Shown here: positions 8,917 through 17,007 of the stretch, in pieces
How the letters are laid out: every line of letters starts with the position of its first letter
How positions within the stretch are numbered: position 1 is the first letter of the stretch
Source of the DNA: Planctomycetota bacterium
Lineage (GTDB): Bacteria > Planctomycetota > UBA1135 > GCA-002748355
Assembly: GCA_002685965.1 (NCBI GenBank)
Contig: NYZE01000058.1
Location: 3,458-67,457 of the forward strand
Length of the DNA: 64,000 nt
Direction: 5' to 3'
Program-made: the position numbers and the translations under genes
Notes under the pieces: model-generated
Databases searched by the model: none
The model's input: only the letters and a program-made list of their open reading frames with translations
Told to the model about the DNA's origin: nothing

Positions 8917-11900
8917 TGACTCGACGGCACTCAAGTATCGGCCACGCCATTGCCCTGGCCGCATGCGCGCTACTGGCCACCACCACCCCTGCTAGAACGA
9001 CGCCGGCGCAGGAGCTATCGACGGTCAAGGAGCAGCGTCTCCTGCTGCGCCGCGCCGAGCGACTCAGCAAGCTCATGAAGCAGCTCGAGCAGCGCTACAA
9101 GGCCGAGGGCCGCACCTACTTCGTCGGCCTGCTGCGCGAAGGCCTCGAACACCTCGAGCAGTCCGGTGTCCTCAAGAACATGAACGAGGCCAGCATCGCG
9201 CTGGAGAAGGCACTCACGAGCAAGGCGCTGCGGGCACAGACCGAGACCATCCAACACCTCGAGAAATTGCTCGGCATCCTGATGGACCGCCGCACCGTCG
9301 AAGACCTCGACGCGGACGCCAAGCGAGTCGCCGAGCAACTCAACGACCTGAAGAAGCTCTCGGATCGGGAGCGCAAGGTCCGCGAACGCATGCAAGCCTT
9401 GCGCGAAGAATCACGCACCGAAGAAGAACGCCGCTTGGTGCGCGAGCTGACCGAGCTGGCCTCTCGTCAACGCGTGCAAGCCCGCGACAACGCTTCGCGC
9501 TCCGACCCGCTGCAGGACGAGCTCGAACACGCACTGCGCCAGGTGAAGGCGCTGCAGAAGTCCCAGACCCAGCTGCGCGGCAAGCTGGAGCGTGACAAGA
9601 CCGATGCTTCCCAGCGCAGGAGCGTCCTCGACAAGTTGCAGGACCTCGTGCGCGGCACCGAGGCCAACCTCGAACGTCTGCGCGCGCAGAAGCAACTCGA
9701 AGACACCGCGCGCAACGTCGACCGACTAGCGAAACGCAACGACCGCGACGGCCTGGATCCACAGGAACAAAGAGACGCGGCAACCGCCTTGGCCGAGGCC
9801 GCCCGGAGGCTACGGGCGAACCCCAAACAGGAGGGGGACAGGAGCACAGACCTCGCCAGGGCACTCGATAAGACCGCCGAGCAACTGGCCGCCGCCAAGG
9901 ACCGGGACGCGGCACAGGAGCCCCTCGACGCCGCTTTGGCGGCGCTCGACGAGCGCATGAAGCAACTCGCAGCGAGGGCTTCCTCACAGAGCGAGAACAT
10001 GGCCCGGGGCGCCAGGGACCTGGCCACCAAGCTCGACGAAAAGGCGAAGGAGGCGCAGGCCGGCGACAAGCAAACCGCCGTAGGCCAAGAAGCCGCGCGG
10101 CAAAAGCAGCTCGACAAAGAGAGCGCCCAGGACCTCAGCAAGGCCGCCAAGAACCTCGAGAGCGCGCAGAAGGCCCTCGCAAAGTCGGACAACAAGGAGG
10201 ACTCCCGCGCCGCCGCTGACCGCGGCACCGAGGCAGCGTTGCGCCACCTGCAACAGGCCGAAGCGCTCCAGCGTGCACGCGAGCGGACCGCCGAGGCAGT
10301 CGCTCGCGACATCGCCGACCGCGCCCGTCGGGCCGCTGCCGACCTCAACGACGCCGCTGGCAGCGACAAGACCGGCAACGAAGCAGCCGAGAAGATGGCC
10401 GCCGCGGGGCAGGCCATGCAGAAGGCCGCCGAGGCCATGGCTAGGAACCGCGCGGACGACAAACAAGAGGCCTCGCCCAACGAGGCACGCGAGGCTGCGG
10501 CCAAAGCCCAGCGGGAGACCCAGGACGATCGCGATAGCGCCCGCGAGTCCCTGGCCCAGGCTGAGAAAACCCTGAGCAAAGAGGTCGCCCGCCGGCGCGC
10601 CGCCTCGAAGGCCAGGACCGGCAGCGCCGTGGCTCGCCAGGAACGACTGCAGAACGAAGCCAAGCAAGTTGCCGAACAGGCGCAACGTGCCGCTCAGCGC
10701 GGGCAAATCACTCCCGAGCAGAACGCGGCGGCGAAGCGTTCGCTGGACGGCGCACAGAAGGCCATGCAGCGGGCCAAGGAGCAACTCGCCAAGGGATCGC
10801 CACGGGCCGCAGCGCGGCAGCAAGCAGACGCCGCCAACAAGCTCGACGAAACCGCGCGCAAGATGCAGGACGCGCGCAAGCTCGGCCGTGAGCAGCAGAA
10901 GGCGCTAGCAGACCTGGCGCGCCGGCAAGAGGAGCTTGCCCGCGACATCCTCGAACTGGCCCGCCGTGTCGATCGGAAGAAGAACCGCGAGGCGCGCCAG
11001 TCGATGCAGGAGGCGCAGTCCGCCGCCGAAGACGCGGCCGAGCGGATGAACGAAGGCGAGGAAAACCGCGCCGAGGACGCGGCCAAGGAGGCCGAGCGCA
11101 AGCTCGACGAAGCACGCGAACAGCTCGAGAAAGAGCGCGACCGCTACATGCGGCTACGGCAAGAGGAACTGCTGTTCCGGATCGCCGAAGAAGTGCAGCT
11201 CTTGGTCGAGAAGCAGGATGGTATAGGCCAGCGCACCAGCCAACTGGCTGAGTCCCTGGGTGACAAGGAGCGGGTGCCACGGCGCCTGCGCAGCCGGCTC
11301 AAGAACCTCGGCCAGCAGGAGGGCGAACTCGCAGCCAGGGCGCGTTTCCTCGCCGAGCACCTCCAGAAGGAAGGGAGCCTCGTGTTCACCTACGTCCTGC
11401 AGGCGGTAGCCGAGGATCTCGACGAACTGCAGAACAACATGTCCGCGCGCCGACCTTCGGTAGGCGCCGACATGCTCGGTCAGCAGGACGAGGTGCTGAC
11501 CCGTCTGAACACACTACTGGGCGCGCTGCGCGCCGAGGTCAAGCGCAAGCGTAGTGATCGCAACAACGACCAGAAACCCGGCGAGCAGAGGGATCAGCAG
11601 GAGCCACCCAAGAACACCAACGAGGGCGACCGCAAGCGCAAGCTGGTCCCAGATGTGGCCGAGTTGCAGTTGCTCAAGCGGCTCGAGATCGACTCACGGG
11701 AACGCATCTCCGGCTTCCTCCGGCTCAACGAGGAGATCCCCGAGGGCATGGAGCAAGCTGCGCAGCGTTCGCTTCGGCGACTCGCCTTCCGGCACGCCAA
11801 GATCTCCGACCTGCTCAGCGAGTTCCTCGAGACTCGCGGTATCGGACAGGCGAAGGAAGGCGAAAAGAAGGACGCGTCAAAGAACGACCCCGGCAAGAAC

Positions 11901-11942
11901 GACCCCGGCAAGAAAGACAACGGCAAGAAGGAGGGGAAATGA
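8913..11942 (+). CDS. Secreted 1009-aa A/E/R/K/Q-rich coiled-coil protein
   Basis: AAGGAG lies 6 nt upstream of ATG 8913, which overlaps TGA 8914-8916 (ATGATG). Signal peptide IALAACALLATTTPARTTPAQE. The body is almost entirely charged heptad-like helix. The C-terminal tail is KNDPG-KNDPG-KKDNG-KKEGK. Confidence 0.8.
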   Translation: MMTRRHSSIGHAIALAACALLATTTPARTTPAQELSTVKEQRLLLRRAERLSKLMKQLEQRYKAEGRTYFVGLLREGLEHLEQSGVLKNMNEASIALEKALTSKALRAQTETIQHLEKLLGILMDRRTVEDLDADAKRVAEQLNDLKKLSDRERKVRERMQALREESRTEEERRLVRELTELASRQRVQARDNASRSDPLQDELEHALRQVKALQKSQTQLRGKLERDKTDASQRRSVLDKLQDLVRGTEANLERLRAQKQLEDTARNVDRLAKRNDRDGLDPQEQRDAATALAEAARRLRANPKQEGDRSTDLARALDKTAEQLAAAKDRDAAQEPLDAALAALDERMKQLAARASSQSENMARGARDLATKLDEKAKEAQAGDKQTAVGQEAARQKQLDKESAQDLSKAAKNLESAQKALAKSDNKEDSRAAADRGTEAALRHLQQAEALQRARERTAEAVARDIADRARRAAADLNDAAGSDKTGNEAAEKMAAAGQAMQKAAEAMARNRADDKQEASPNEAREAAAKAQRETQDDRDSARESLAQAEKTLSKEVARRRAASKARTGSAVARQERLQNEAKQVAEQAQRAAQRGQITPEQNAAAKRSLDGAQKAMQRAKEQLAKGSPRAAARQQADAANKLDETARKMQDARKLGREQQKALADLARRQEELARDILELARRVDRKKNREARQSMQEAQSAAEDAAERMNEGEENRAEDAAKEAERKLDEAREQLEKERDRYMRLRQEELLFRIAEEVQLLVEKQDGIGQRTSQLAESLGDKERVPRRLRSRLKNLGQQEGELAARARFLAEHLQKEGSLVFTYVLQAVAEDLDELQNNMSARRPSVGADMLGQQDEVLTRLNTLLGALRAEVKRKRSDRNNDQKPGEQRDQQEPPKNTNEGDRKRKLVPDVAELQLLKRLEIDSRERISGFLRLNEEIPEGMEQAAQRSLRRLAFRHAKISDLLSEFLETRGIGQAKEGEKKDASKNDPGKNDPGKKDNGKKEGK
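11880..11924 (+). repeat. Tandem 15-nt coding repeat, AAGAACGACCCCGGC x2 plus a degenerate third copy (encodes KNDPG KNDPG KKDNG)
   Basis: Read directly: exact copies at 11880-11894 and 11895-11909, degenerate copy at 11910-11924. Immediately followed by the SD/ATGA junction to the next gene. Confidence 0.9.
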
Positions 11943-12580
11943 AGTTCACACTCATCCTGCTCAGCTCACTTCTGCTCACTGGACCGGCGTTCACGCAGCG
12001 AGGCGGCAACCAACCCGATCCCCAGCAGATCATGGAGAAGATCCGCAAGGAGATGGAGCAGATCGACAAGCTCCTCAACGACGCTGCGCGCAAGCCTAAG
12101 GACCTCAAGAAGCTGTTGTCCTCGTCGATCGAGAAGAGCGTCACCGTCGAGAAAGAAATCGATCGTCTGCTGCAGCAGGCCAAGTCGCAGCAGCAGCAGA
12201 GTCGCGACAGGCAACGTCAACGTCAACGTCAACAGCAGCAGCGCAGGCAACAGCAGCGCAAGCCCGACGACCGGATGGATCAATCGCCTGACCACGTCAA
12301 TCAGCAGGACAAGCAGGGCGATCCAAAGAACCGCGAGGATCACAAGGCAGAGCGCAACAAGCCCGATCCACTGACCGGCCGCAACGTCAAGTCGGGCAAG
12401 CGCAAGGACGGCGCCACGGGCAAGAATGCCAAGGACTCCGCAGCTGGCGAATGGGGAGACCTGCCGGAATACCTGCGCATGCTCTTCAAGAAACGCGGCC
12501 AACCGTCCATCCCCTCGAAGTACAAGCGGTTCCGTGACGAGTTCCACCGGCGCGTCGACCGCGCCAGCAAGAAGCGCTAG
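11939..12580 (+). CDS. Small secreted Q/R/K/D-rich protein, 213 aa
   Basis: Strong SD AAGGAGG sits 5-6 nt before ATG 11939, which overlaps TGA 11940-11942. Signal peptide MKFTLILLSSLLLTGPAFTQ. Contains a low-complexity QQQQSRDRQRQRQRQQQQRRQQQRK block. Confidence 0.7.
   Translation: MKFTLILLSSLLLTGPAFTQRGGNQPDPQQIMEKIRKEMEQIDKLLNDAARKPKDLKKLLSSSIEKSVTVEKEIDRLLQQAKSQQQQSRDRQRQRQRQQQQRRQQQRKPDDRMDQSPDHVNQQDKQGDPKNREDHKAERNKPDPLTGRNVKSGKRKDGATGKNAKDSAAGEWGDLPEYLRMLFKKRGQPSIPSKYKRFRDEFHRRVDRASKKR
12212..12229 (+). repeat. Hexanucleotide microsatellite (CAACGT)x3 embedded in a CAG/CAA-rich tract
   Basis: Read directly: caacgtcaacgtcaacgt followed by caacagcagcagcgcaggcaacagcagcgc. Encodes QRQRQRQQQQRRQQQR. 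Confidence 0.9.
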
Positions 12581-12595
12581 CCAACCCTCGCTTGC

Positions 12596-13726
12596 ATGTT
12601 CGCTGCGCTCGTTTGCTGCACCTTGCTTGCCTCTCCCTCCTATCAGGGCAAGGTCAAGCGACCCGACGCGCCAGCGCAGCAGCACCGTAAGGCGGGCCTG
12701 ACCGACGCGACGACCCTCGCCGTGTCGCTGCAGCGCGAAGCGGAAGCGTTGTGTCGGCGCGGCGCTGCTGCGCTGGCGCGCTTGCAGAACGAGTCAGGGG
12801 ACTTTGATCTCGGACGAGACACGAGGAACCCCGCGCCGATCGCGGTCAGCGCCCTGGCAACACTTGCGCTCTTGAGTACGGGTGAGGTGCCCGCGCGGAC
12901 CCGCTTCGGCCGCAACGTCGAGCTCGGCGCGCTCTACCTGCTGCGTCACCAGGATCGTTCGAAGGGTGCCAAGCACGGCTATATCGGCATCGGGGACGAC
13001 AAGTACAGCAAGATGCACGGCCACGGCTACGCGACGCTTGCCCTCGCTCAGCTGGTCGGCATGCTGCCCGACCGGACCAGCGCCGTCGTGACCCAGAAGC
13101 AGGTCCGCACCGGTCTCCGGGACGCGGTGGCTCTGATCCAGCGCTGCCAGGATCCGCACACTGGCGGTTGGTCCTACGACCCTGTGGCCCGCGACCACGA
13201 GGGCTCGATGACCGTGTGCATGGTGCAGGCGCTGCGCGCGGCCAAGGACGCCGGTGTCCTCGTCGACTACGCCGTGATCAAGCGCGCGCTCGGCTACGTG
13301 TCCTCGTCGCAGAAGCCGGACGGTAGCTTTCGATACCAGCTCGGCAGCGAAAACAGCTCAACGGCTCTGACCGCAGCCGCAGTCATGACGCTGAACGCGA
13401 CCGGCGACTGGCAGAGCGATGTCCTGCGCAAGGGCATGGCCTACTTGACCGACCAAAGCAGCATCCTGCGCGACGGTTTGATGCGTCGCATCCCCGGTCG
13501 CTTCCCTTACTACGAGCGGCTGTACGTCGGTGAAGCGCTGTTCACCGCACCCGAGCAAGACACATTCAAGCGTTGGTTCGCGCGCCTCGTCCGCCAGATG
13601 AGCACGACGATCGAACCGCGGACCGGCACCTGGAAATCGGAGAGCTACGGCCGAGCCTATGCGACGGCGATGACCGTCTTGGTGCTGTCACTGCCGCTGC
13701 AGTACTTGCCAATCCACCAGCGCTAG
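12596..13726 (+). CDS. Prenyltransferase/squalene-oxidase-repeat (alpha/alpha-toroid) protein, paralog 2
   Basis: Motifs QNESGDFD, QDPHTGGWSYDP and QKPDGSFRYQ. HEGSMTVCMVQALRAAKDAG and the terminal LQYLPIHQR match paralog 1. Hydrophobic N-terminus MFAALVCCTLLASP. Confidence 0.85.
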   Translation: MFAALVCCTLLASPSYQGKVKRPDAPAQQHRKAGLTDATTLAVSLQREAEALCRRGAAALARLQNESGDFDLGRDTRNPAPIAVSALATLALLSTGEVPARTRFGRNVELGALYLLRHQDRSKGAKHGYIGIGDDKYSKMHGHGYATLALAQLVGMLPDRTSAVVTQKQVRTGLRDAVALIQRCQDPHTGGWSYDPVARDHEGSMTVCMVQALRAAKDAGVLVDYAVIKRALGYVSSSQKPDGSFRYQLGSENSSTALTAAAVMTLNATGDWQSDVLRKGMAYLTDQSSILRDGLMRRIPGRFPYYERLYVGEALFTAPEQDTFKRWFARLVRQMSTTIEPRTGTWKSESYGRAYATAMTVLVLSLPLQYLPIHQR

Positions 13727-14616
13727 CTCTCGTGGCTTGGCGTGCCCCGCTCACCTGTTGGGGCCAAACCTGTCCCTGATGGGCTCAGACGGCTACCAGG
13801 CACAGTACCCTCGTTCATCGACCCAGTGCGGAACCCCTGCAGGTCCAACGACACGTACACGTAGCCCAGTTCGCGCATGGCCTGCACGATGCCGACACGC
13901 TCCGGTCCAGCCGCACGATCGATCTCGACCCCATCCACCTCGATGCGGCACATCATCCCGTGGTGCCGCACACGAAACTGCCGGAAGCCGCGGTCGCGCA
14001 GGTAGCCTTCAGCACATTCCAGCTTGTAGAGCAGTCCCGCGTCGATGACCGTCCCATACGGGACGCGCGACGACAAGCAGGCGAACGACGGCTTCTCGGC
14101 GGTGGGCAGGCCTTGCTCGCGCGAGTAACGCCGCACTTCGTCCTTGCGAAGGCCCACCTCGGCGAGCGGTGCACGCACACCGTGCTCCGACGCCGCACGG
14201 TGACCCGGTCGATGATCGTCGGCATCTTCGGCGATCGCGCCGTAGAGCACCGGCCAATCCGGCAACCCAGCAGCGCGGACGAGCGACGCGACGCTCTCGA
14301 ACAGTTCGGTCTTGCAGAAGTAGCAGCGGTCATTGGCGTTCTGCCGATAGCCCTCTCGTTCTAGTTCGCTCGTCTGGAGCACGACGTGTCGCACCGCGAA
14401 ACGCTGCGCCAACTCGGACGCCTCCTTGAGTTCCGCGCGAGGGTAGGACGGGCTGTCTGCGGTCACCGCAACGACTCGCTCGCGGCCAAGCGCAACCACT
14501 GCCGCCCACAACAAGGCCGTCGAGTCGACACCGCCGGAGAAGGCCACCAGGCCGCCTGGCAACGTGCCGAGGACCTCGCCCAGCGCAGCGATTCGTTCGG
14601 CATACGTGGAGTTCAA
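13723..14616 (-). CDS. larE: LarE-type ATP-dependent sulfur transferase / PP-loop ATP pyrophosphatase (TIGR00268-like)
   Basis: PP-loop FSGGVDSTALL; motifs DRCYFCKTELF and PSFACLSSRVPYG. The TTG start at 14616 overlaps the TGA of the upstream amidohydrolase (TTGA). A ~30-aa low-complexity C-terminal tail overlaps the 3' end of the convergent gene by 4 nt. Confidence 0.85.
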   Translation of the reverse strand: MNSTYAERIAALGEVLGTLPGGLVAFSGGVDSTALLWAAVVALGRERVVAVTADSPSYPRAELKEASELAQRFAVRHVVLQTSELEREGYRQNANDRCYFCKTELFESVASLVRAAGLPDWPVLYGAIAEDADDHRPGHRAASEHGVRAPLAEVGLRKDEVRRYSREQGLPTAEKPSFACLSSRVPYGTVIDAGLLYKLECAEGYLRDRGFRQFRVRHHGMMCRIEVDGVEIDRAAGPERVGIVQAMRELGYVYVSLDLQGFRTGSMNEGTVPGSRLSPSGTGLAPTGERGTPSHES

Positions 14617-15950
14617 CGTCGCACCCCGGTCCGTCGCTGATAGACCCTCTCGCCCGCGACGATGGTCGCAAGAACACGCGTGCCGAGTAGCGCCCCATCG
14701 CCGAGCAGGTCCCGATCGACGACGGTCAGGTCGGCTTCGTACCCAGCGGCGATGCGCCCACGCACTGTTTCCTCGAAGGCCGCATACGCAGCGCCAGTCG
14801 TGAACGCCGCAACAGCCTCGCGGCGCGTCAGCGTTTGGTCCGGGCGGTAGGGCCCCTTCTCAGGCATCAGCGGCGGCCGAGTCGTCACAGCGGCAAAGAG
14901 CGCAGCGTAAGGATCTTCCGGCTCTTCGGCGGTGTTCGTCCCGAACGCCACCACCGTGCCGCGATCCAGCAACGTCCGCCACGCGTAGGCACCTTGGACC
15001 CTGTCATGGCCGAGCCGGGCCAGCGCCCAAGCCATCCCTGTCGTCAGCTGCCTCGGTTGCATCGACGCCACAACACCCAGTTCCGCCAAGCGAGGCAAGT
15101 CCGGCGCCGAGAAGACTTGCGCATGTTCGATGCGCGGGCGCAGCCGTTTGCGGTCCGCAAGGCTGAGCACCCCAGCCAGGACATCGAGCACGACGCGGTT
15201 GGCCCGATCACCGCTGGCATCGACGCACGGTTGGTAGCCCTTGTCCCGACACCAGGCGACTTGCTGGCGCAACAAGGCTGCGCTGGTCGTCATGCCCCCC
15301 GAGCCCGCCGCATCCGTGTAGTCGGCAAGCAAGGCAGCCGTGCGATCTGCGAGCCTGCCGTCTGCGCGGAGACGGACCGCGCGAAACCGCAAGCGCGCAC
15401 GTGGCCCCGCATCGTCCGCCGGTGGCAGGTCCTGCTCGGAGGCGGGCGCAGCCAAGGTCCCGTAGACGCCGATCTTCCAGCGTCCCTCGGCTGCGAGGTC
15501 CTTGACGATGGCGAGCGACGAGGGGTCCATGCCAAAGTCGTGGACCCGGGTCAGCCCCGCGCGAAGCATCGCGTCGTGTGCCGCGAGCAGCTGACGACGG
15601 GTAACGATCTTGACCGACTCCTCAGCCGCAAACTGCGCGACGTTGATGGCATCCACTCGTTTCCCTAGGCCGAGGATGTCCCCGTGTGCGTCGATCAAGC
15701 CGGGGAAGACATGCGCACCGTTGAGCCGCACCAGGCGAGTTTGCGCGCCGCGATAGCGCAGGACACCGATGCGCGTCGACACTGCCAGAATGCGGGTCCC
15801 GCGGATCGCCACCGCCACGCCATCTTTCGCCCCAGGCGCCATGACGTGCACCCGCTGGGCGAAGATGATCAGGTCGGCGGTGTCGGGTGGCGCCAGTTGC
15901 GCCGTTGCCGGTAGCGTCAGGCCACAGATGGCCAGGAACATCGTCCGCAT
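14613..15950 (-). CDS. Secreted amidohydrolase-family (Amidohydro_3-like) protein with degenerate metal-binding motifs
   Basis: Signal peptide MRTMFLAICGLTLPATAQ. The N-terminal motif PGLIDAHGDILGLG reads H-G-D where H-x-H is expected. Later motifs are RIEHAQV and FGTNTAEEP, where a G-S-D-type Asp is usual. Confidence 0.8.
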   Translation of the reverse strand: MRTMFLAICGLTLPATAQLAPPDTADLIIFAQRVHVMAPGAKDGVAVAIRGTRILAVSTRIGVLRYRGAQTRLVRLNGAHVFPGLIDAHGDILGLGKRVDAINVAQFAAEESVKIVTRRQLLAAHDAMLRAGLTRVHDFGMDPSSLAIVKDLAAEGRWKIGVYGTLAAPASEQDLPPADDAGPRARLRFRAVRLRADGRLADRTAALLADYTDAAGSGGMTTSAALLRQQVAWCRDKGYQPCVDASGDRANRVVLDVLAGVLSLADRKRLRPRIEHAQVFSAPDLPRLAELGVVASMQPRQLTTGMAWALARLGHDRVQGAYAWRTLLDRGTVVAFGTNTAEEPEDPYAALFAAVTTRPPLMPEKGPYRPDQTLTRREAVAAFTTGAAYAAFEETVRGRIAAGYEADLTVVDRDLLGDGALLGTRVLATIVAGERVYQRRTGVRR

Positions 15951-16022
15951 ACGGGGATCGTAACGAACAGGCCGTGCGTTCCGCTCGAGGTAGTCGCTGC
16001 TCGCAAGGCCGAAGACAGATTC

Positions 16023-16988
16023 TCAGGCGAACAGGCTCGCACAGGGGACTTCGTGGGTCGGCGTCAGGATCATCCGATCCACTTTGCCCGCACGCGAAAC
16101 GCGAGTGCCCGGGAGGATCAACGCCCGCTCGACCCGGACCGAGTGCTCGAACACGACGTCGTCCATCACCACCGCGTTGTGAATCGAAGTGCCGTCCGGC
16201 ATCTGTACGTTCTTGCCGACGATGTGGTCCAGGCCCTGCGACTCGAGGTAGTGCAGGTTCAACGACAGAAGGTCCGACGGAAACGACAGGTTGAGATCGT
16301 TTTTCACGACCTCCGCTGCTTCGACGCGCCAACCGTCATCGATGAAAATCTGGATCGAGTCGGTGATCTCGTACTCGTCACGCATCGCCGTACGCGGCGT
16401 ACGACGCACGGCGTCGAAGAACGCAAGGTCGAACAGGTACAGACCACAACCCTTCAAGTTCGTGCGCGGCCGACGTGGCTTCTCGATCACCCGCGTGACT
16501 GCGCCATCGCTCTCGACATGCACGACAAAATTGCGGCGGATCTTCTCCGCGTCCGACTCGCGCTTCACCGCCAGGACCCCAGCAGCGCCGTCGCGGTCGC
16601 CCTTGCCGAGCCGCCGCACCATGTCGCCGAGGTCCTCGGTCTCGAAGAAGATGTCACCGAGTAACAAGAAGAACGGTCGGTCAACGTGGCGCTCCAGCTG
16701 TCCGAGCGCGTGCGCAATGCCCAACGTCTCCTCTTGCTCGACGTACTGGATGCGCACATCGTGGTCGCTGCCATCGCCGAGCTCACGCACGATCTCGTAG
16801 CCAAGGTGGCCGATGACGACCAGAATGTCGCGTATCCCCAACTCGGCCAACGCCTCGATTTGATGAAGCAGCAGCGGTTTGCCGCCGATCGGCAGGATCG
16901 GCTTCGGCAAGCGCTCCGAGAACGGCAGCATGCGCGTGCCCTTGCCCGCGGCGAGGATCACGCCAAGGAGGTCAGAAGCCCTCGTCAT
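16023..16988 (-). CDS. Sugar-phosphate nucleotidyltransferase (glucose-1-phosphate thymidylyl/uridylyl-transferase-like) with C-terminal left-handed beta-helix
   Basis: The N-terminus GVILAAGKGTRMLPFSERLPKPILPIGGKPLL is the canonical NTP-transferase signature. LGDIFFE is present, and the C-terminus has hexapeptide-like repeats. Confidence 0.9.
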   Translation of the reverse strand: MTRASDLLGVILAAGKGTRMLPFSERLPKPILPIGGKPLLLHQIEALAELGIRDILVVIGHLGYEIVRELGDGSDHDVRIQYVEQEETLGIAHALGQLERHVDRPFFLLLGDIFFETEDLGDMVRRLGKGDRDGAAGVLAVKRESDAEKIRRNFVVHVESDGAVTRVIEKPRRPRTNLKGCGLYLFDLAFFDAVRRTPRTAMRDEYEITDSIQIFIDDGWRVEAAEVVKNDLNLSFPSDLLSLNLHYLESQGLDHIVGKNVQMPDGTSIHNAVVMDDVVFEHSVRVERALILPGTRVSRAGKVDRMILTPTHEVPCASLFA

Positions 16989-17007
16989 GTTCTGGTCAGC
17001 GTCTGGG

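Noticed and set aside
9467-10663. 398-aa minus-strand ORF (and several others) inside the coiled-coil gene
   Set aside because: It is a Ser/Ala/Arg/Cys-rich mirror image of the GAG/GCC/AAG-rich sense strand. The sense frame has a signal peptide, an SD and an ATGA coupling; the antisense frame has none of these.
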